Shown here: positions 1-9,964 of the stretch, piece after piece
Layout of the letters: each line of letters starts with the position of its first letter
Numbering within the stretch: position 1 is the first letter of the stretch
Source of the DNA: Bacteroidota bacterium
GTDB lineage: Bacteria > Bacteroidota > Bacteroidia > JABEUT01
Direction: 5' to 3'
DNA: 64,000 nt
Assembly (NCBI GenBank): GCA_021823405.1
Contig: JAKAOA010000001.1
Coordinates: forward strand, 43,628-107,627
Made by a program: the position numbers and the translations under genes
The notes under the pieces: model-generated
Database searches by the model: none
Seen by the model: only the letters and a program-made list of their open reading frames with translations
Told to the model about the DNA's origin: nothing

Positions 1-1421
1 AAACCCTGCTGTTTGAACAACTGGGCGAAACCCCCGAAGCCGCCGGAAAAGACGCCGACAAAACGCTTATCATGGAAACTGAACTCGCAGTATCGGCTAT
101 GAGCCCTTCGGAAGAAAGAGATGTTCATGCCGTTTATAATAAGATGACCATGCGCCAACTGCAAGACGAAACGCCGGGCATCAACTGGCAAACATGTCTC
201 GATACCTTTGGTCTGAAATCAGTTGACTCCATACTGGTAGCGCAGCCCGATTTCCTAAAAAAAGTGAGCGACCTTGCCAATTCCTATTCAACCGACGACT
301 GGAAAACCTATCTGCGGCTGCACCTGATCGTTTCTACCGCAGGGAAATTGAGCGATACCCTGAACTCCATAAGTTTCAACTTCTGGGATAAAACATTCAG
401 AGGGATAAAACAGATGAAACCCCGCTGGAAACGCGCCGTAGAAGCAACGAGCGGAGCACTGGGCGAACTTGTCGGTCAGCTGTATGTTGACAAATATTTC
501 AGCGCATCCACCAAGGAAAAAGTACGCGTCATGGTAAATAATATAATAGCGTCATACAAAGACCGAATCAATAACCTGACGTGGATGAACCCCGAAACGA
601 AAAAATACGCCATTGAAAAACTGGATAAAATTACCCTCAAACTCTGTTACCCCGATAAGTGGAGGGACTATTCAGCCCTGCATATCAAAAATGACGCTTA
701 TGTGCTGAACGCAATCAGGGTAAATGAATTCAACTTCAACTACGACATGAACAAACTGGGTAAGCCGGTAGACAGAAGCGAGTGGGAGATGTCGCCGCAA
801 ACCGTGAACGCCTATTACGAGCCGACCAGGAACGAGATTGTATTTCCGGCAGGAATCCTTCAACCGCCCTTTTTCGATACCACCAGAGACGATGCGATGA
901 ACTACGGCGCCATCGGAGCCGTTATCGGACATGAACTTACACATGGCTTCGACGACCAGGGAAACCAATACGATGCCGAAGGCAACATGCGCAAATGGTG
1001 GACAAACAGCGACTCCGCCCACTATTTCAGCAAACTTAAAATGGTGATTAACCAGTTCGATAATTATGAAATAGATTCGGTACATGTAAAAGGCGACCTG
1101 ACCATCGGCGAAAATACCGCCGACCTCGGCGGCATAACTATCGCCTATCAGGCACTGGAAAAAGACCTGAAACAGCATCCCGAAGGAATGGTGGACGGAT
1201 TTACGCCTGAACAACGGTTCTTCATTGCATTTGCCCAGGTATGGCGGCAAAATACGCGGCCTGCTGCTGCAAGAATGCGAATAAAAACTGACCCCCACTC
1301 TCCGCCTATGTTCAGAGTATTGGGTCCGCTCTCCAACATGACCGAGTTCTACAACGCCTTCAACGTAAAGCCGGGCGAAGCCATGTATCGCCCCGACAGT
1401 TTGAGGGCGGTAATCTGGTAA
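1..1421 (+). CDS. M13 family zinc metallopeptidase (neprilysin/PepO-like), 5'-truncated by the window edge
   Basis: The frame is open from position 3, so the gene continues upstream. HELTHGF (HExxH) zinc motif and ENTADLGG (ENxADxGG) motif typical of the M13 family are present. Confidence 0.85.
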   Translation, partial: TLLFEQLGETPEAAGKDADKTLIMETELAVSAMSPSEERDVHAVYNKMTMRQLQDETPGINWQTCLDTFGLKSVDSILVAQPDFLKKVSDLANSYSTDDWKTYLRLHLIVSTAGKLSDTLNSISFNFWDKTFRGIKQMKPRWKRAVEATSGALGELVGQLYVDKYFSASTKEKVRVMVNNIIASYKDRINNLTWMNPETKKYAIEKLDKITLKLCYPDKWRDYSALHIKNDAYVLNAIRVNEFNFNYDMNKLGKPVDRSEWEMSPQTVNAYYEPTRNEIVFPAGILQPPFFDTTRDDAMNYGAIGAVIGHELTHGFDDQGNQYDAEGNMRKWWTNSDSAHYFSKLKMVINQFDNYEIDSVHVKGDLTIGENTADLGGITIAYQALEKDLKQHPEGMVDGFTPEQRFFIAFAQVWRQNTRPAAARMRIKTDPHSPPMFRVLGPLSNMTEFYNAFNVKPGEAMYRPDSLRAVIW

Positions 1422-2179
1422 TGAAGGTAATAGGAATAATACCCGCCCGCTACGGTTCCTCGCGTTTTCCGGGCAAACCATTAGCCGATATTAACGGCAA
1501 AACCATGATTTGCAGAGTTTATGAGCAAGCTGCAAAAAGCAAATCCCTTTCGCACCTCGTAGTAGCCACCGATGACCAACGGATAATGGACGAGGTGAAG
1601 AAGTTCGGCGGCAACGGCATAATGACAAGGAACAGCCACCGCAGCGGTACCGACCGCTGCCTCGAAGCGCTCGAAAAATTGGAAAGAATAAATGCCGCAG
1701 AACAGTGGGATGTAGTTGTAAATATTCAGGGCGATGAACCATTCATACACCCTGAACAGATAGATAAAGTGACCGCATGTTTCAATATCCGAAAAGAAAA
1801 GAATGCCGGAATACAAATTTCCACTCTGGTTTGCAAAATAGATGAGCCGCGCGAACTGCAACAGCCCAGCGTGGTAAAAGTAGTGCGCCAGACCGACGGC
1901 AAAGCTCTATACTTCAGCCGCTCGCCTATACCTTACTTTAGAGAGAACACCGATAAACCATGGACACGAAAACATGATTACCTGAAACATATCGGTATTT
2001 ACGGCTTTCGCGCTTCTGTGCTCAAAGAACTTGTAAAACTTTCACCCTCCCCCCTCGAAATTGCCGAATCGCTTGAGCAGCTGCGATGGCTCGAAAATGG
2101 ATATACCATCCATACAGAAATAACGGATAAAGAAACATTTTCAATAGATACCCCCGAAGATTTGCTAAAAATAATTTAA
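1421..2179 (+). CDS. kdsB: 3-deoxy-manno-octulosonate cytidylyltransferase (CMP-KDO synthetase)
   Basis: N-terminal MKVIGIIPARYGSSRFPGKPL and the overall length match KdsB. The start overlaps the upstream stop as TAATG. Confidence 0.9.
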   Translation: MKVIGIIPARYGSSRFPGKPLADINGKTMICRVYEQAAKSKSLSHLVVATDDQRIMDEVKKFGGNGIMTRNSHRSGTDRCLEALEKLERINAAEQWDVVVNIQGDEPFIHPEQIDKVTACFNIRKEKNAGIQISTLVCKIDEPRELQQPSVVKVVRQTDGKALYFSRSPIPYFRENTDKPWTRKHDYLKHIGIYGFRASVLKELVKLSPSPLEIAESLEQLRWLENGYTIHTEITDKETFSIDTPEDLLKII

Positions 2180-2305
2180 CAATTGCTCCAGTCACACCTT
2201 TAGGCAAGGAATAAAGTAAAGGTAACCTTTTTTACTATCTACCCACTCCTTGGAGTAAGAAGATGACATGGCGACGCATATTGTTCAAAACTATTTTAAT
2301 TAAAT

Positions 2306-2396
2306 ATGTATTATGTAATAAATAATGTATATATTTGCGTTTTATAACTATGAGATATTAGAGATAAGATATAAACTATGAGCGATGAACTATAAG
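2306..2396. repeat. AT-rich block 'X' of the left inverted-repeat arm (inverted copy at 12391-12472)
   Basis: atgtattatgtaataaataatgtatatatttgcg has one mismatch against the reverse complement of 12441-12472. The shared motifs ataaactatgag and gcgatgaactat are rearranged between the two copies. Confidence 0.7.
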
Positions 2397-2525
2397 ATTA
2401 ACGTCTTATCCGGCAGGCGGCAATACTTTAGGTCTATTTTAAAGGAACGATGAATAACAAAACAAACGCAAAAAATAGTGACCACGACAATTATTCTGAA
2501 CAAAACAGATATGATCAATTCATTT

Positions 2526-3069
2526 AACGGGTTGACACGGGTTAACAGATTTTGGGCTGTTTTAAATTGAATAAACTTGCAAATCAACATATTATGATTT
2601 TTAGAAGGCAGAAAAGTGTCAACCCGTTCAGTTTACTAGCCGTAGGCGGTGATTTAAGCAGGTTCAATTCATACAGAATACCCCTGTCGGGAACAACAAG
2701 AGCGGCAAATTTGGACACTTTTTACCCCGAACCTGTGCAAAACTGTCCAAAATTTATCTACACACTATATTATTGAAGCGGATATGAAAATAACAAAATG
2801 GACACTTTTTACCGTGAACCTGTGCAAAACTGTCCAAAATTTAGCTACACACTATATTATGGAAGCGGATATGAAAATAACAAAATGGACACTTTTTACC
2901 GTGAACCTGTGCAAAACTGTCCAAAATTTAGCTACACACTATATTATGAAAGCGGATATAAAAATAAGAGTTATGGACACTTTATACCGTAAAGCTATGC
3001 CAAAATGTGCCCGACTACTGGAGTGGTGTGCCATTTTAATGCACACACGATATATGGGAGCGATTATGA
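2526..3069. repeat. Left inverted-repeat arm block 'Y': a leader, three tandem 87/88 bp units (2710-2797, 2798-2884, 2885-2972) and a degenerate terminal unit
   Basis: The reverse complement of 11614-11993 aligns along the whole length. Each unit carries the hairpin TTTGGACA(C)...TGTCCAAA. Units are contiguous with no spacers. Confidence 0.85.
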
Positions 3070-3312
3070 AAAATTATTATTTATTGTCACCATTAGCGGA
3101 TTATGTTTATGAAAATCAATGGAATCGAAAAAACAGTCCGGAATTTACATACGGTTGCATCCTTATCCTTGAATAACTTATATTAAATAAAAGTAAAACT
3201 GTAATATGCAATATAGTACTTACCCGCTGTAACAGCCGGCTATCAATAATAACAAACCGCCATTAGGCAGGTTGCAGGTTAATAAACCGTTTAATCCCTG
3301 TTTTTTTTAACT

Positions 3313-3834
3313 TTGAACAAAATTGCAATTATGCAAACCCTAATTTTAAACGCCGACCAAATTCAAAAAAAAATAACCCGTATAGCTTATGAGATATACG
3401 AAGCGCATGCCGGCGAAAAGGAAATAATTCTGGCAGGCATTACCCCCGGCGGTTATCTTTTTGCAGCAAGGATAAAGCACGCCTTACAGAAAATATCACC
3501 CCTTACCATTCAATTAACTAAAGTGGGAATAGATAAATCGAAGCCCGCATATCCTGCAGAAATTGAAATGGATAAAAAGCAAAAACCGGACAATATGTCG
3601 ATTGTACTGGCGGACGATGTGCTGAACACCGGTACCATACTGGCATACAGCATGAAAGCATTCCTCAATTTTCCCGTAAAATCAATTCGTATTGCAGTTC
3701 TTATCGACCGCAACCATACCATTTACCCAATTAAGTCGGATTATACCGGCTTATCAATTGCTACCACATTGCAGGAACATGTAGTGGTGAACCTGGAAAC
3801 AAAAGGGAAAGAATTTGTTGCGCTCGAAGATTAA
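3313..3834 (+). CDS. pyrR: PyrR-family phosphoribosyltransferase (bifunctional pyr regulator / uracil PRTase-like)
   Basis: ILNADQIQKKITRIAYEI, the PRPP-binding VLADDVLNTGTIL motif, and IAVLIDRNHTIYPIKSDYTG are each collinear with B. subtilis PyrR. Confidence 0.8.
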   Translation: MNKIAIMQTLILNADQIQKKITRIAYEIYEAHAGEKEIILAGITPGGYLFAARIKHALQKISPLTIQLTKVGIDKSKPAYPAEIEMDKKQKPDNMSIVLADDVLNTGTILAYSMKAFLNFPVKSIRIAVLIDRNHTIYPIKSDYTGLSIATTLQEHVVVNLETKGKEFVALED

Positions 3835-3855
3835 AAAAGAGATTTTGAGTAAGCT

Positions 3856-4992
3856 ATGGAGTTTGTACAGGTAAATGATTCCGAAACGAAGAAGGATTTT
3901 CACAAACTGCCATTTCTCATTTATAAAGATGACGTAAACTGGATTCCTCACCTCCGACAAGATATTGAGGAGGTTTTCGATACGGGGCTAAATATATGCT
4001 TTAACCATGGTGACGCCATTAGATGGGTGTTGTATGACGGAAGCAGGAAACCGATAGGCAGAGTTGCCGCTTTCATCAATAAAAAAACTGCTTACACCTA
4101 TACCCAACCAACCGGGGGAATGGGATTCTTTGAATGTATTAACGATAAAGCGACCGCTTTCGCTCTGTTCGACAAATGCGTTGAATGGCTGAAGGAACGA
4201 GGGATGAGCGCAATGGACGGTCCGGTAAACTTTGGCGAAAAAGACCGCTACTGGGGACTGCTGGACGATGGATATGATAAACCGGCAATATATGCGATGA
4301 ACCACAACCCTCCATACTATAAACGGTTTTTTGAAGAATACGGGTTCACCGGTTTCTACGAACAGATAGTATATTACCGCAATACAGTTGACCCCCCAAA
4401 TGCACGGCTGGTAAAACTGGCGGAACGGATAACGAGCGATCCGCATTATCGTATTGAAACACTTGATAAAAAAAATGCCGCAAAATATGCCGAGGATTTC
4501 AGAACCATTTACAACAAAGCATGGAAGGCGGAAAGAGCCGATTTTGAAGAACTGACCAAGGAACGCGCACTATCTCTCATGGGTAAACTTAAACCTATCC
4601 TTGATGAGGATACAAACTGGTTCGCTTACCATAATAATGAACCGGCAGGCGTTTTTATCTGCATCCCTGAACTGAATGTCATCATGAAGCATCTGCATGG
4701 TAATTTTAACCTCTGGGGCAAACTGAAGTTTCTTTGGTATTTGAAAACCAAAGGGTGCAGGACAATGCTAGGCATCGTATTCGGAATAGCGCCAGAATTT
4801 CAGGGTAAGGGAATTGAGGCGGCGATTTTTACGGAATTGGGTAAGAGGATACAACCTAAAAAATCGTATGACCATATTTTAATAAGTTGGATAGGAAATT
4901 TTAACCGGAAAATGATGCACCTTCTAACAGCCCTGCTCGATACAGTACCTTACAAAAAGTTCATCACCTACCGTTTTATTTTCAAAAGCTGA
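3856..4992 (+). CDS. Hypothetical protein, possibly a tandem GNAT-fold acyltransferase
   Basis: 378 aa ORF with coding-like composition. Secondary-structure pattern and a GIEAAIF-type segment are weakly reminiscent of the GNAT fold. No firm motif. Confidence 0.35.
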   Translation: MEFVQVNDSETKKDFHKLPFLIYKDDVNWIPHLRQDIEEVFDTGLNICFNHGDAIRWVLYDGSRKPIGRVAAFINKKTAYTYTQPTGGMGFFECINDKATAFALFDKCVEWLKERGMSAMDGPVNFGEKDRYWGLLDDGYDKPAIYAMNHNPPYYKRFFEEYGFTGFYEQIVYYRNTVDPPNARLVKLAERITSDPHYRIETLDKKNAAKYAEDFRTIYNKAWKAERADFEELTKERALSLMGKLKPILDEDTNWFAYHNNEPAGVFICIPELNVIMKHLHGNFNLWGKLKFLWYLKTKGCRTMLGIVFGIAPEFQGKGIEAAIFTELGKRIQPKKSYDHILISWIGNFNRKMMHLLTALLDTVPYKKFITYRFIFKS

Positions 4993-5045
4993 TAAATGAC
5001 TTGTTAAAACTATTATCTTTGCACGCTATTTTTAAAAATATTGTT

Positions 5046-5118
5046 GATTCCGTAGCTCAGTTGGTAGAGCACAACACTTTTAATGTTGGGGTCGCGGGTT
5101 CGAGCCCCGCCGGGATCA
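5046..5118 (+). tRNA. tRNA-Lys (anticodon TTT)
   Basis: Cloverleaf: acceptor gattccg/cgggatc (one G-U), D-arm gctcagttggtagagc, anticodon arm caaca-cTTTtaa-tgttg, T-arm gcgggttcgagccccgc, discriminator A. CCA is not encoded. Confidence 0.85.
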
Positions 5119-5336
5119 CAGTATTGCGCAGCATAAATCGCTTCGCCTCATTAGCTAAAACACGCGCATATCTGTTCGCTCATTTCAGCATTACTTTTCT
5201 TCGCTGCAATTGCTATATTTTTTTGGATATCTTTATGAACCTAAAAAGGTTGTTAATATCAGCTTGGTCATTAGTAATGGAGTTTCATTCCTTAACGATC
5301 AAAAATTATTAAAACGATTAATTATATTTAAGGAGT

Positions 5337-6872
5337 ATGCTGGTAAAAACATTCGGAAGTGCGGTACATGGAATTGATGCCACCCTCATAACAGTGGAGG
5401 TTAATGTTGGCACGGGTGTAAATTTCTTCTTGGTGGGATTGCCCGACAGCGCAGTAAAGGAAAGCCAGCAACGTATTGACGCAGCCCTGAAAAATAACGG
5501 ATACAGCATACAGGGCAAAACGATTACCATAAATATGGCGCCCGCCGATATAAGAAAGGAAGGTTCAGCATACGACCTTACAATAGCCATCGGTATACTT
5601 GCAGCTTCGGAACAAATGAAACCGGATAGTGTGGGTAACTATGTGATTATGGGAGAACTGTCATTAGATGGCGGGCTGCAGCCCATAAAAGGTGTGTTGC
5701 CTATTGCAATAAACGCACGGGCGCAAGGCATAAAGGGAATTATACTGCCCGAACAAAATGCTCGCGAAGCCGCCATAGTTGACGGGTTAATGGTTTACGG
5801 CATTAAGAATATAAAACAGGCGATTGACTTCCTGAATGGCGAAATGAACCTGGATCCTATGGTGATAGACGCCAAGGAAGCATTTTATACTCAACTCACC
5901 CAGTCCGATGTAGATTTTGCCGATGTAAAGGGACAGGAAAACATAAAACGATCTCTGGAAATAGCGGCTGCCGGCGGTCATAATGTATTACTGATTGGTC
6001 CGCCGGGCGCCGGTAAAACCATGCTTGCCAAGCGGCTACCGACCATACTACCGCCGCTTACCCTTGAAGAAGCCCTTGAAACTACCAAAATACATTCGGT
6101 GGCGGGTAAAATAGGTAGCGGTAAAGGATTGGTAACGACACGCCCCTTTCGCGCTCCTCATCATACCATAAGCGATGTAGCGCTAGTAGGCGGCGGCGGA
6201 TTCCCCCAGCCGGGCGAAATATCGCTTGCTCATAACGGCGTCCTTTTCCTTGATGAACTGCCGGAGTTTAAAAGAACGGTATTAGAGGTGATGCGTCAGC
6301 CGCTGGAAGACAGAATAATCAGAATATCGAGGGCAAAATCATCGGTGGAGTTTCCTGCAAGTTTCATGCTTGTAACAGCAATGAACCCTTGCCCCTGCGG
6401 CTACTATAATCACCCGCAGAAGGAGTGCGTTTGCGCCCCGGGAACAGTTCAAAAATATTTGAACCGCATTTCAGGACCACTTCTTGACCGGATTGATATA
6501 CATATTGAGGTGGTGCCTGTTGCTTATGGGGAGCTGTCGTCCGAAAGAGTAAACGAGAAAAGTGAGAAGGTAAGAGAACGCGTGATAAAAGCCAGAACAA
6601 TTCAGGCGGAGCGATTCGCCGATACACCTATATACTGTAATGCCCAGATGAGCTCAAAGCAATTAAAAACCTATTGCGCAATTAACGATGCCGGTCATGC
6701 ATTGCTAAAAACGGCGATGGAAAAGCTAAATCTATCTGCACGGGCATACGACAGGATTCTCAAAGTAGCAAGAACAATCGCCGATTTAAACGAATCAGCA
6801 GGTATTGAAACAGCGCACCTTGCCGAAGCGATTAATTACCGGAGTTTGGACCGGGAAAACTGGGCCGGTTGA
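5337..6872 (+). CDS. comM: YifB/ComM family Mg-chelatase-like AAA+ ATPase
   Basis: N-terminal Lon-like region MLVKTFGSAVHGIDATLITVEV. Walker A is GPPGAGKT. The C-terminal Mg-chelatase ChlI domain is present. Total length 511 aa. Confidence 0.9.
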   Translation: MLVKTFGSAVHGIDATLITVEVNVGTGVNFFLVGLPDSAVKESQQRIDAALKNNGYSIQGKTITINMAPADIRKEGSAYDLTIAIGILAASEQMKPDSVGNYVIMGELSLDGGLQPIKGVLPIAINARAQGIKGIILPEQNAREAAIVDGLMVYGIKNIKQAIDFLNGEMNLDPMVIDAKEAFYTQLTQSDVDFADVKGQENIKRSLEIAAAGGHNVLLIGPPGAGKTMLAKRLPTILPPLTLEEALETTKIHSVAGKIGSGKGLVTTRPFRAPHHTISDVALVGGGGFPQPGEISLAHNGVLFLDELPEFKRTVLEVMRQPLEDRIIRISRAKSSVEFPASFMLVTAMNPCPCGYYNHPQKECVCAPGTVQKYLNRISGPLLDRIDIHIEVVPVAYGELSSERVNEKSEKVRERVIKARTIQAERFADTPIYCNAQMSSKQLKTYCAINDAGHALLKTAMEKLNLSARAYDRILKVARTIADLNESAGIETAHLAEAINYRSLDRENWAG

Positions 6873-6938
6873 GTACGAAATCTATATGACAACGTGAGAC
6901 AATCCCACTGACCGGATTACCGTTTATGAGCATACAGA

Positions 6939-8486
6939 ATGAAAACATTTTTCTCCAGATATCTTGGACTAGCCCTGTTCAGCGGCGCTTTAATTATCGG
7001 GATTAGTACATACAAAGGTTATGGTATTTCGTGGGACGAGGGTATTCAGCGCCAGCTTGGAGAAGCCACGTACAATTATCTTTTTCATGGTCAGGATTCG
7101 CTGAAATATTCCCACAACAAGGAATATGGCATTGCTTTTGAATTACCATTGTTTATGCTCGAAAAAATAATGCACCTTACCGACACCAGGGCAATTTATC
7201 TAATGAGACATCTGGTAACACATATCTTCTTTTTAATTAGCGCCTTGTTCTTTTTTTTACTTATCGATTACTTGTATAGAAATAAATTATTGGCGGCTTT
7301 CGGCATTCTGTGTCTGCTAACTACACCTCTCATTTACGGTCATTCCTTTTTTAATTCCAAAGATGTAGTTTTTCTTTCCATGTTCATTATTTGTTTTTAC
7401 ATTATGGCGGTTGCTTTCGAAAGGAATAGTTTACGATGGCATATCCTTCTTGGTATATCCCTTGCAATATTGATGAATATTCGTGTTATGGGCATTTTGC
7501 TGCTTGGATTCGCCTGCCTCTTCTTCGCCCTCGATATTTACAAATTAAAGAGTGATAGAAAAGCAAAAATGAAAGTTGCCCTTTTCGCTCTAACAGTTGT
7601 TTCACTCGCCTTCGGATTACTGGCAATAACCTGGCCTTATCTCTATCCCGCCCCGGTAAAAAATTTTTGGGACGCCTTCTATCATTTATCCCATTGGCAT
7701 TGGGTAGGATGGATTTTGTTCTGGGGTAAAGAATATTGGTGCTTATCTGCTCCGAAATGGTATGCCATCTCATGGTTCTGCTTTTCCAACCCGCTCCTCT
7801 ACGTAGCGTTAGGATTTATCGGAATTATAGCTATAGGAGTTGCTTTTATTAGAAAGCCAGCCCAATTCCTTGCCAATACGGTACAAAGAAACCAAATTTT
7901 ATATCTGTTCTGTTTTGCGGAGCCGCTTGCAACCGTTTATCTGCTGCATTCCGAACTGTTTGACGCCTGGAGACATCTGTTTTTTATTTATCCCGCATTC
8001 CTTCTCTGCGCCATATATGGGCTGAATATATTACTGAACACTAAGGCGCGATATGTTGTTATAATACTTGCCGGTTTAAATTTTATCTATATCGCCTTTT
8101 ATATGATAAAGACCTACCCTTACGAGTACATCTATTTTAACGAACTGATCCGGCAACGGTATGAACCGCAATACCTGCGTACCCATTTTGAGATGGACTA
8201 TTGGGGAACATCCTATACCCGCGCCTTCGAATATATTTTAAAGCATGATACTTCAGAAAATATAACTGTATCGGTACCATCGCCATCGTTAATTGGCGAT
8301 GAAAATAAATGGCTGCTCGATTCCGCCGACAGAAGCAGAATCCATATAATTCCTGATTCGACTAAAGCCGCGTATTTTGTCAGTTATTACCGTTACCACC
8401 CTTTAGATTACCCATTTCAGAATAAAGAGGTGTTCTCGGTAAAAGTGATGAACAGTACAATTATAAGCGTTTTCAAATTGAAATAA
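6939..8486 (+). CDS. Polytopic membrane protein, GT-C fold glycosyltransferase (ArnT/PMT family-like)
   Basis: At least 10 predicted TM helices. A WDEG acidic motif sits in the first extracytoplasmic loop and there is a large C-terminal soluble domain, as in GT39/GT83 enzymes. Confidence 0.5.
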   Translation: MKTFFSRYLGLALFSGALIIGISTYKGYGISWDEGIQRQLGEATYNYLFHGQDSLKYSHNKEYGIAFELPLFMLEKIMHLTDTRAIYLMRHLVTHIFFLISALFFFLLIDYLYRNKLLAAFGILCLLTTPLIYGHSFFNSKDVVFLSMFIICFYIMAVAFERNSLRWHILLGISLAILMNIRVMGILLLGFACLFFALDIYKLKSDRKAKMKVALFALTVVSLAFGLLAITWPYLYPAPVKNFWDAFYHLSHWHWVGWILFWGKEYWCLSAPKWYAISWFCFSNPLLYVALGFIGIIAIGVAFIRKPAQFLANTVQRNQILYLFCFAEPLATVYLLHSELFDAWRHLFFIYPAFLLCAIYGLNILLNTKARYVVIILAGLNFIYIAFYMIKTYPYEYIYFNELIRQRYEPQYLRTHFEMDYWGTSYTRAFEYILKHDTSENITVSVPSPSLIGDENKWLLDSADRSRIHIIPDSTKAAYFVSYYRYHPLDYPFQNKEVFSVKVMNSTIISVFKLK

Positions 8487-8505
8487 AACGCGTTACCGGC
8501 AAAAC

Positions 8506-9687
8506 TCAAATGCAATTTTCAATTACTACTGCACTGGCTCCGCCGCCTCCGTTGCATATTCCGGCTGCGCCGTAACGAGCGTTATTCTGCTTTAACACAT
8601 TAATAAGAGTCACCAATATCCTTGAACCGGAACTGCCGAGTGCGTGCCCCAGCGAAACCCCTCCTCCATTCACATTCAACCTGTCGGGCTTTATTTCCAA
8701 TAATATTCTGTTAACTATTGCCACTACTGCGAATGCCTCATTTATTTCGAAGTAATCTATGTCTTTCATTTTCAACCCCGCCTTGGCTATAGCAAGTGGC
8801 AATGCCTTTGAAGGTGTAGTTGTAAACCTCTCCGGCGCCTGTTCGGCATCGGCGTACCCCAATATTTTAGCAAGCGGCTTTATGCCCATTTTATCGGCTT
8901 TTTCCTTGCTCATCAACACAAGTGCGGAGGCGCCGTCGTTCAGTGTAGAGGCATTGGCGGCGGTAATGGTTCCTGTTTTATCGAATACGGGAGGCAGCGA
9001 GGGAATACGATCAAAGTTCACATTTTTATGCTCTTCATCCTCGCTGTAGATAGCCGGTGGTCCTTTGCGCTGCGGTACCTCAACCTGTACCACTTCCTCT
9101 TTGAATTTTCCCGCACTCCATGCTGCGGCAGAGCGTTTATATGATTCTATTGCAAAGTCGTCCTGGTCCTTTCTGCTTATTTTATATTCTTTGGCGCACA
9201 ATTCACCTGCATTCCCCATGTGAAAATGGTTGAACGGGTCGGTAAGCCCGTCGTGAACAAGCCCGTCTATCAATATTCCGTTTCCCAGTCGGTATCCTTT
9301 CCTTGCCTTTTCCAGGTAATAGGGAACCATAGACATGTTTTCCATTCCGCCGGCAACAATCACCTCACTGTCGCCAAGCAGAATACTTTGCGTTCCGAAC
9401 ATTACAGCTTTCATTCCGGAAGCGCATACTTTATTAATGGTAGTACAGGGGATTGAGTCGGGCAAGACGGCAAATTTAGCTGCCTGGCGGGCCGGCGCTT
9501 GTCCTTCACCTGCCTGCAACACATTCCCCATCAGTACTGCGTCTATATCATGGTCGTCCAGTTTTATTCTGTCAATCGCTTTGCGAATGACTATCGCTCC
9601 GAGCGAAACGGCAGGAACCTCTGATATTATTCCGCCGAAACTGCCGGTAGGAGTTCGTACTGCAGATACTATATATACTTCTCTCAT
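8506..9687 (-). CDS. Acetyl-CoA C-acetyltransferase (thiolase II)
   Basis: MREVYIVSAVRTPTGSFGG N-terminus, active-site Cys region (NKVCASGMKA), and C-terminal GGGGASAVVIE. Confidence 0.9.
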   Translation of the reverse strand: MREVYIVSAVRTPTGSFGGIISEVPAVSLGAIVIRKAIDRIKLDDHDIDAVLMGNVLQAGEGQAPARQAAKFAVLPDSIPCTTINKVCASGMKAVMFGTQSILLGDSEVIVAGGMENMSMVPYYLEKARKGYRLGNGILIDGLVHDGLTDPFNHFHMGNAGELCAKEYKISRKDQDDFAIESYKRSAAAWSAGKFKEEVVQVEVPQRKGPPAIYSEDEEHKNVNFDRIPSLPPVFDKTGTITAANASTLNDGASALVLMSKEKADKMGIKPLAKILGYADAEQAPERFTTTPSKALPLAIAKAGLKMKDIDYFEINEAFAVVAIVNRILLEIKPDRLNVNGGGVSLGHALGSSGSRILVTLINVLKQNNARYGAAGICNGGGGASAVVIENCI

Positions 9688-9964
9688 CGTTCTTTGAATG
9701 GTTTAAAATTGTTCAAAAGTATTATCTTTTTATTAGTTGATGTACTTATAGTTATACATTTATACTAACACGTTGTAATAAGCTTATATTCAATATTATA
9801 TGCACTTCTTGCTTTAGCATATAATGATAAAAAGTTTGTCTTAACGCATTTTTTCATTTTATTTGTGAGACATTAGCCCGGAATGGAACAAATTCGGAAT
9901 TAATTGCTTACTATTCTTAACCCGACTATTTGATGTGCGGGAAAGAAAATTTGCATCCCTTGTT

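Noticed and set aside
672-1481. 269-aa antisense ORF inside the M13 peptidase gene
   Set aside because: It lies opposite a strongly supported gene. Comparable antisense or shadow ORFs at 10073-10618, 35524-35955, 52951-53349 and 57505-57807 were rejected for the same reason.
2700-3069. Possible CRISPR array, on the basis of near-identical direct repeats
   Set aside because: The units are 87-88 bp and directly abut one another with no unique spacers. A partial inverted copy exists 9 kb away. No cas genes are in the window.
2552-3176. ORF-track ORFs inside the tandem repeats (2552-2776, 2784-3176, 2798-2992; and 11600-11863, 11712-11957 on the other arm) as protein-coding genes
   Set aside because: The frame is lost at the 87/88 bp alternation. 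The two arms differ mainly by non-synonymous or indel changes. One ORF relies on a TTG start. The peptides are low-complexity repeat translations.
5001-5312. 103-aa ORF overlapping the tRNA-Lys gene
   Set aside because: It is read straight through a canonical tRNA cloverleaf and its downstream spacer, so it is a spurious ORF.
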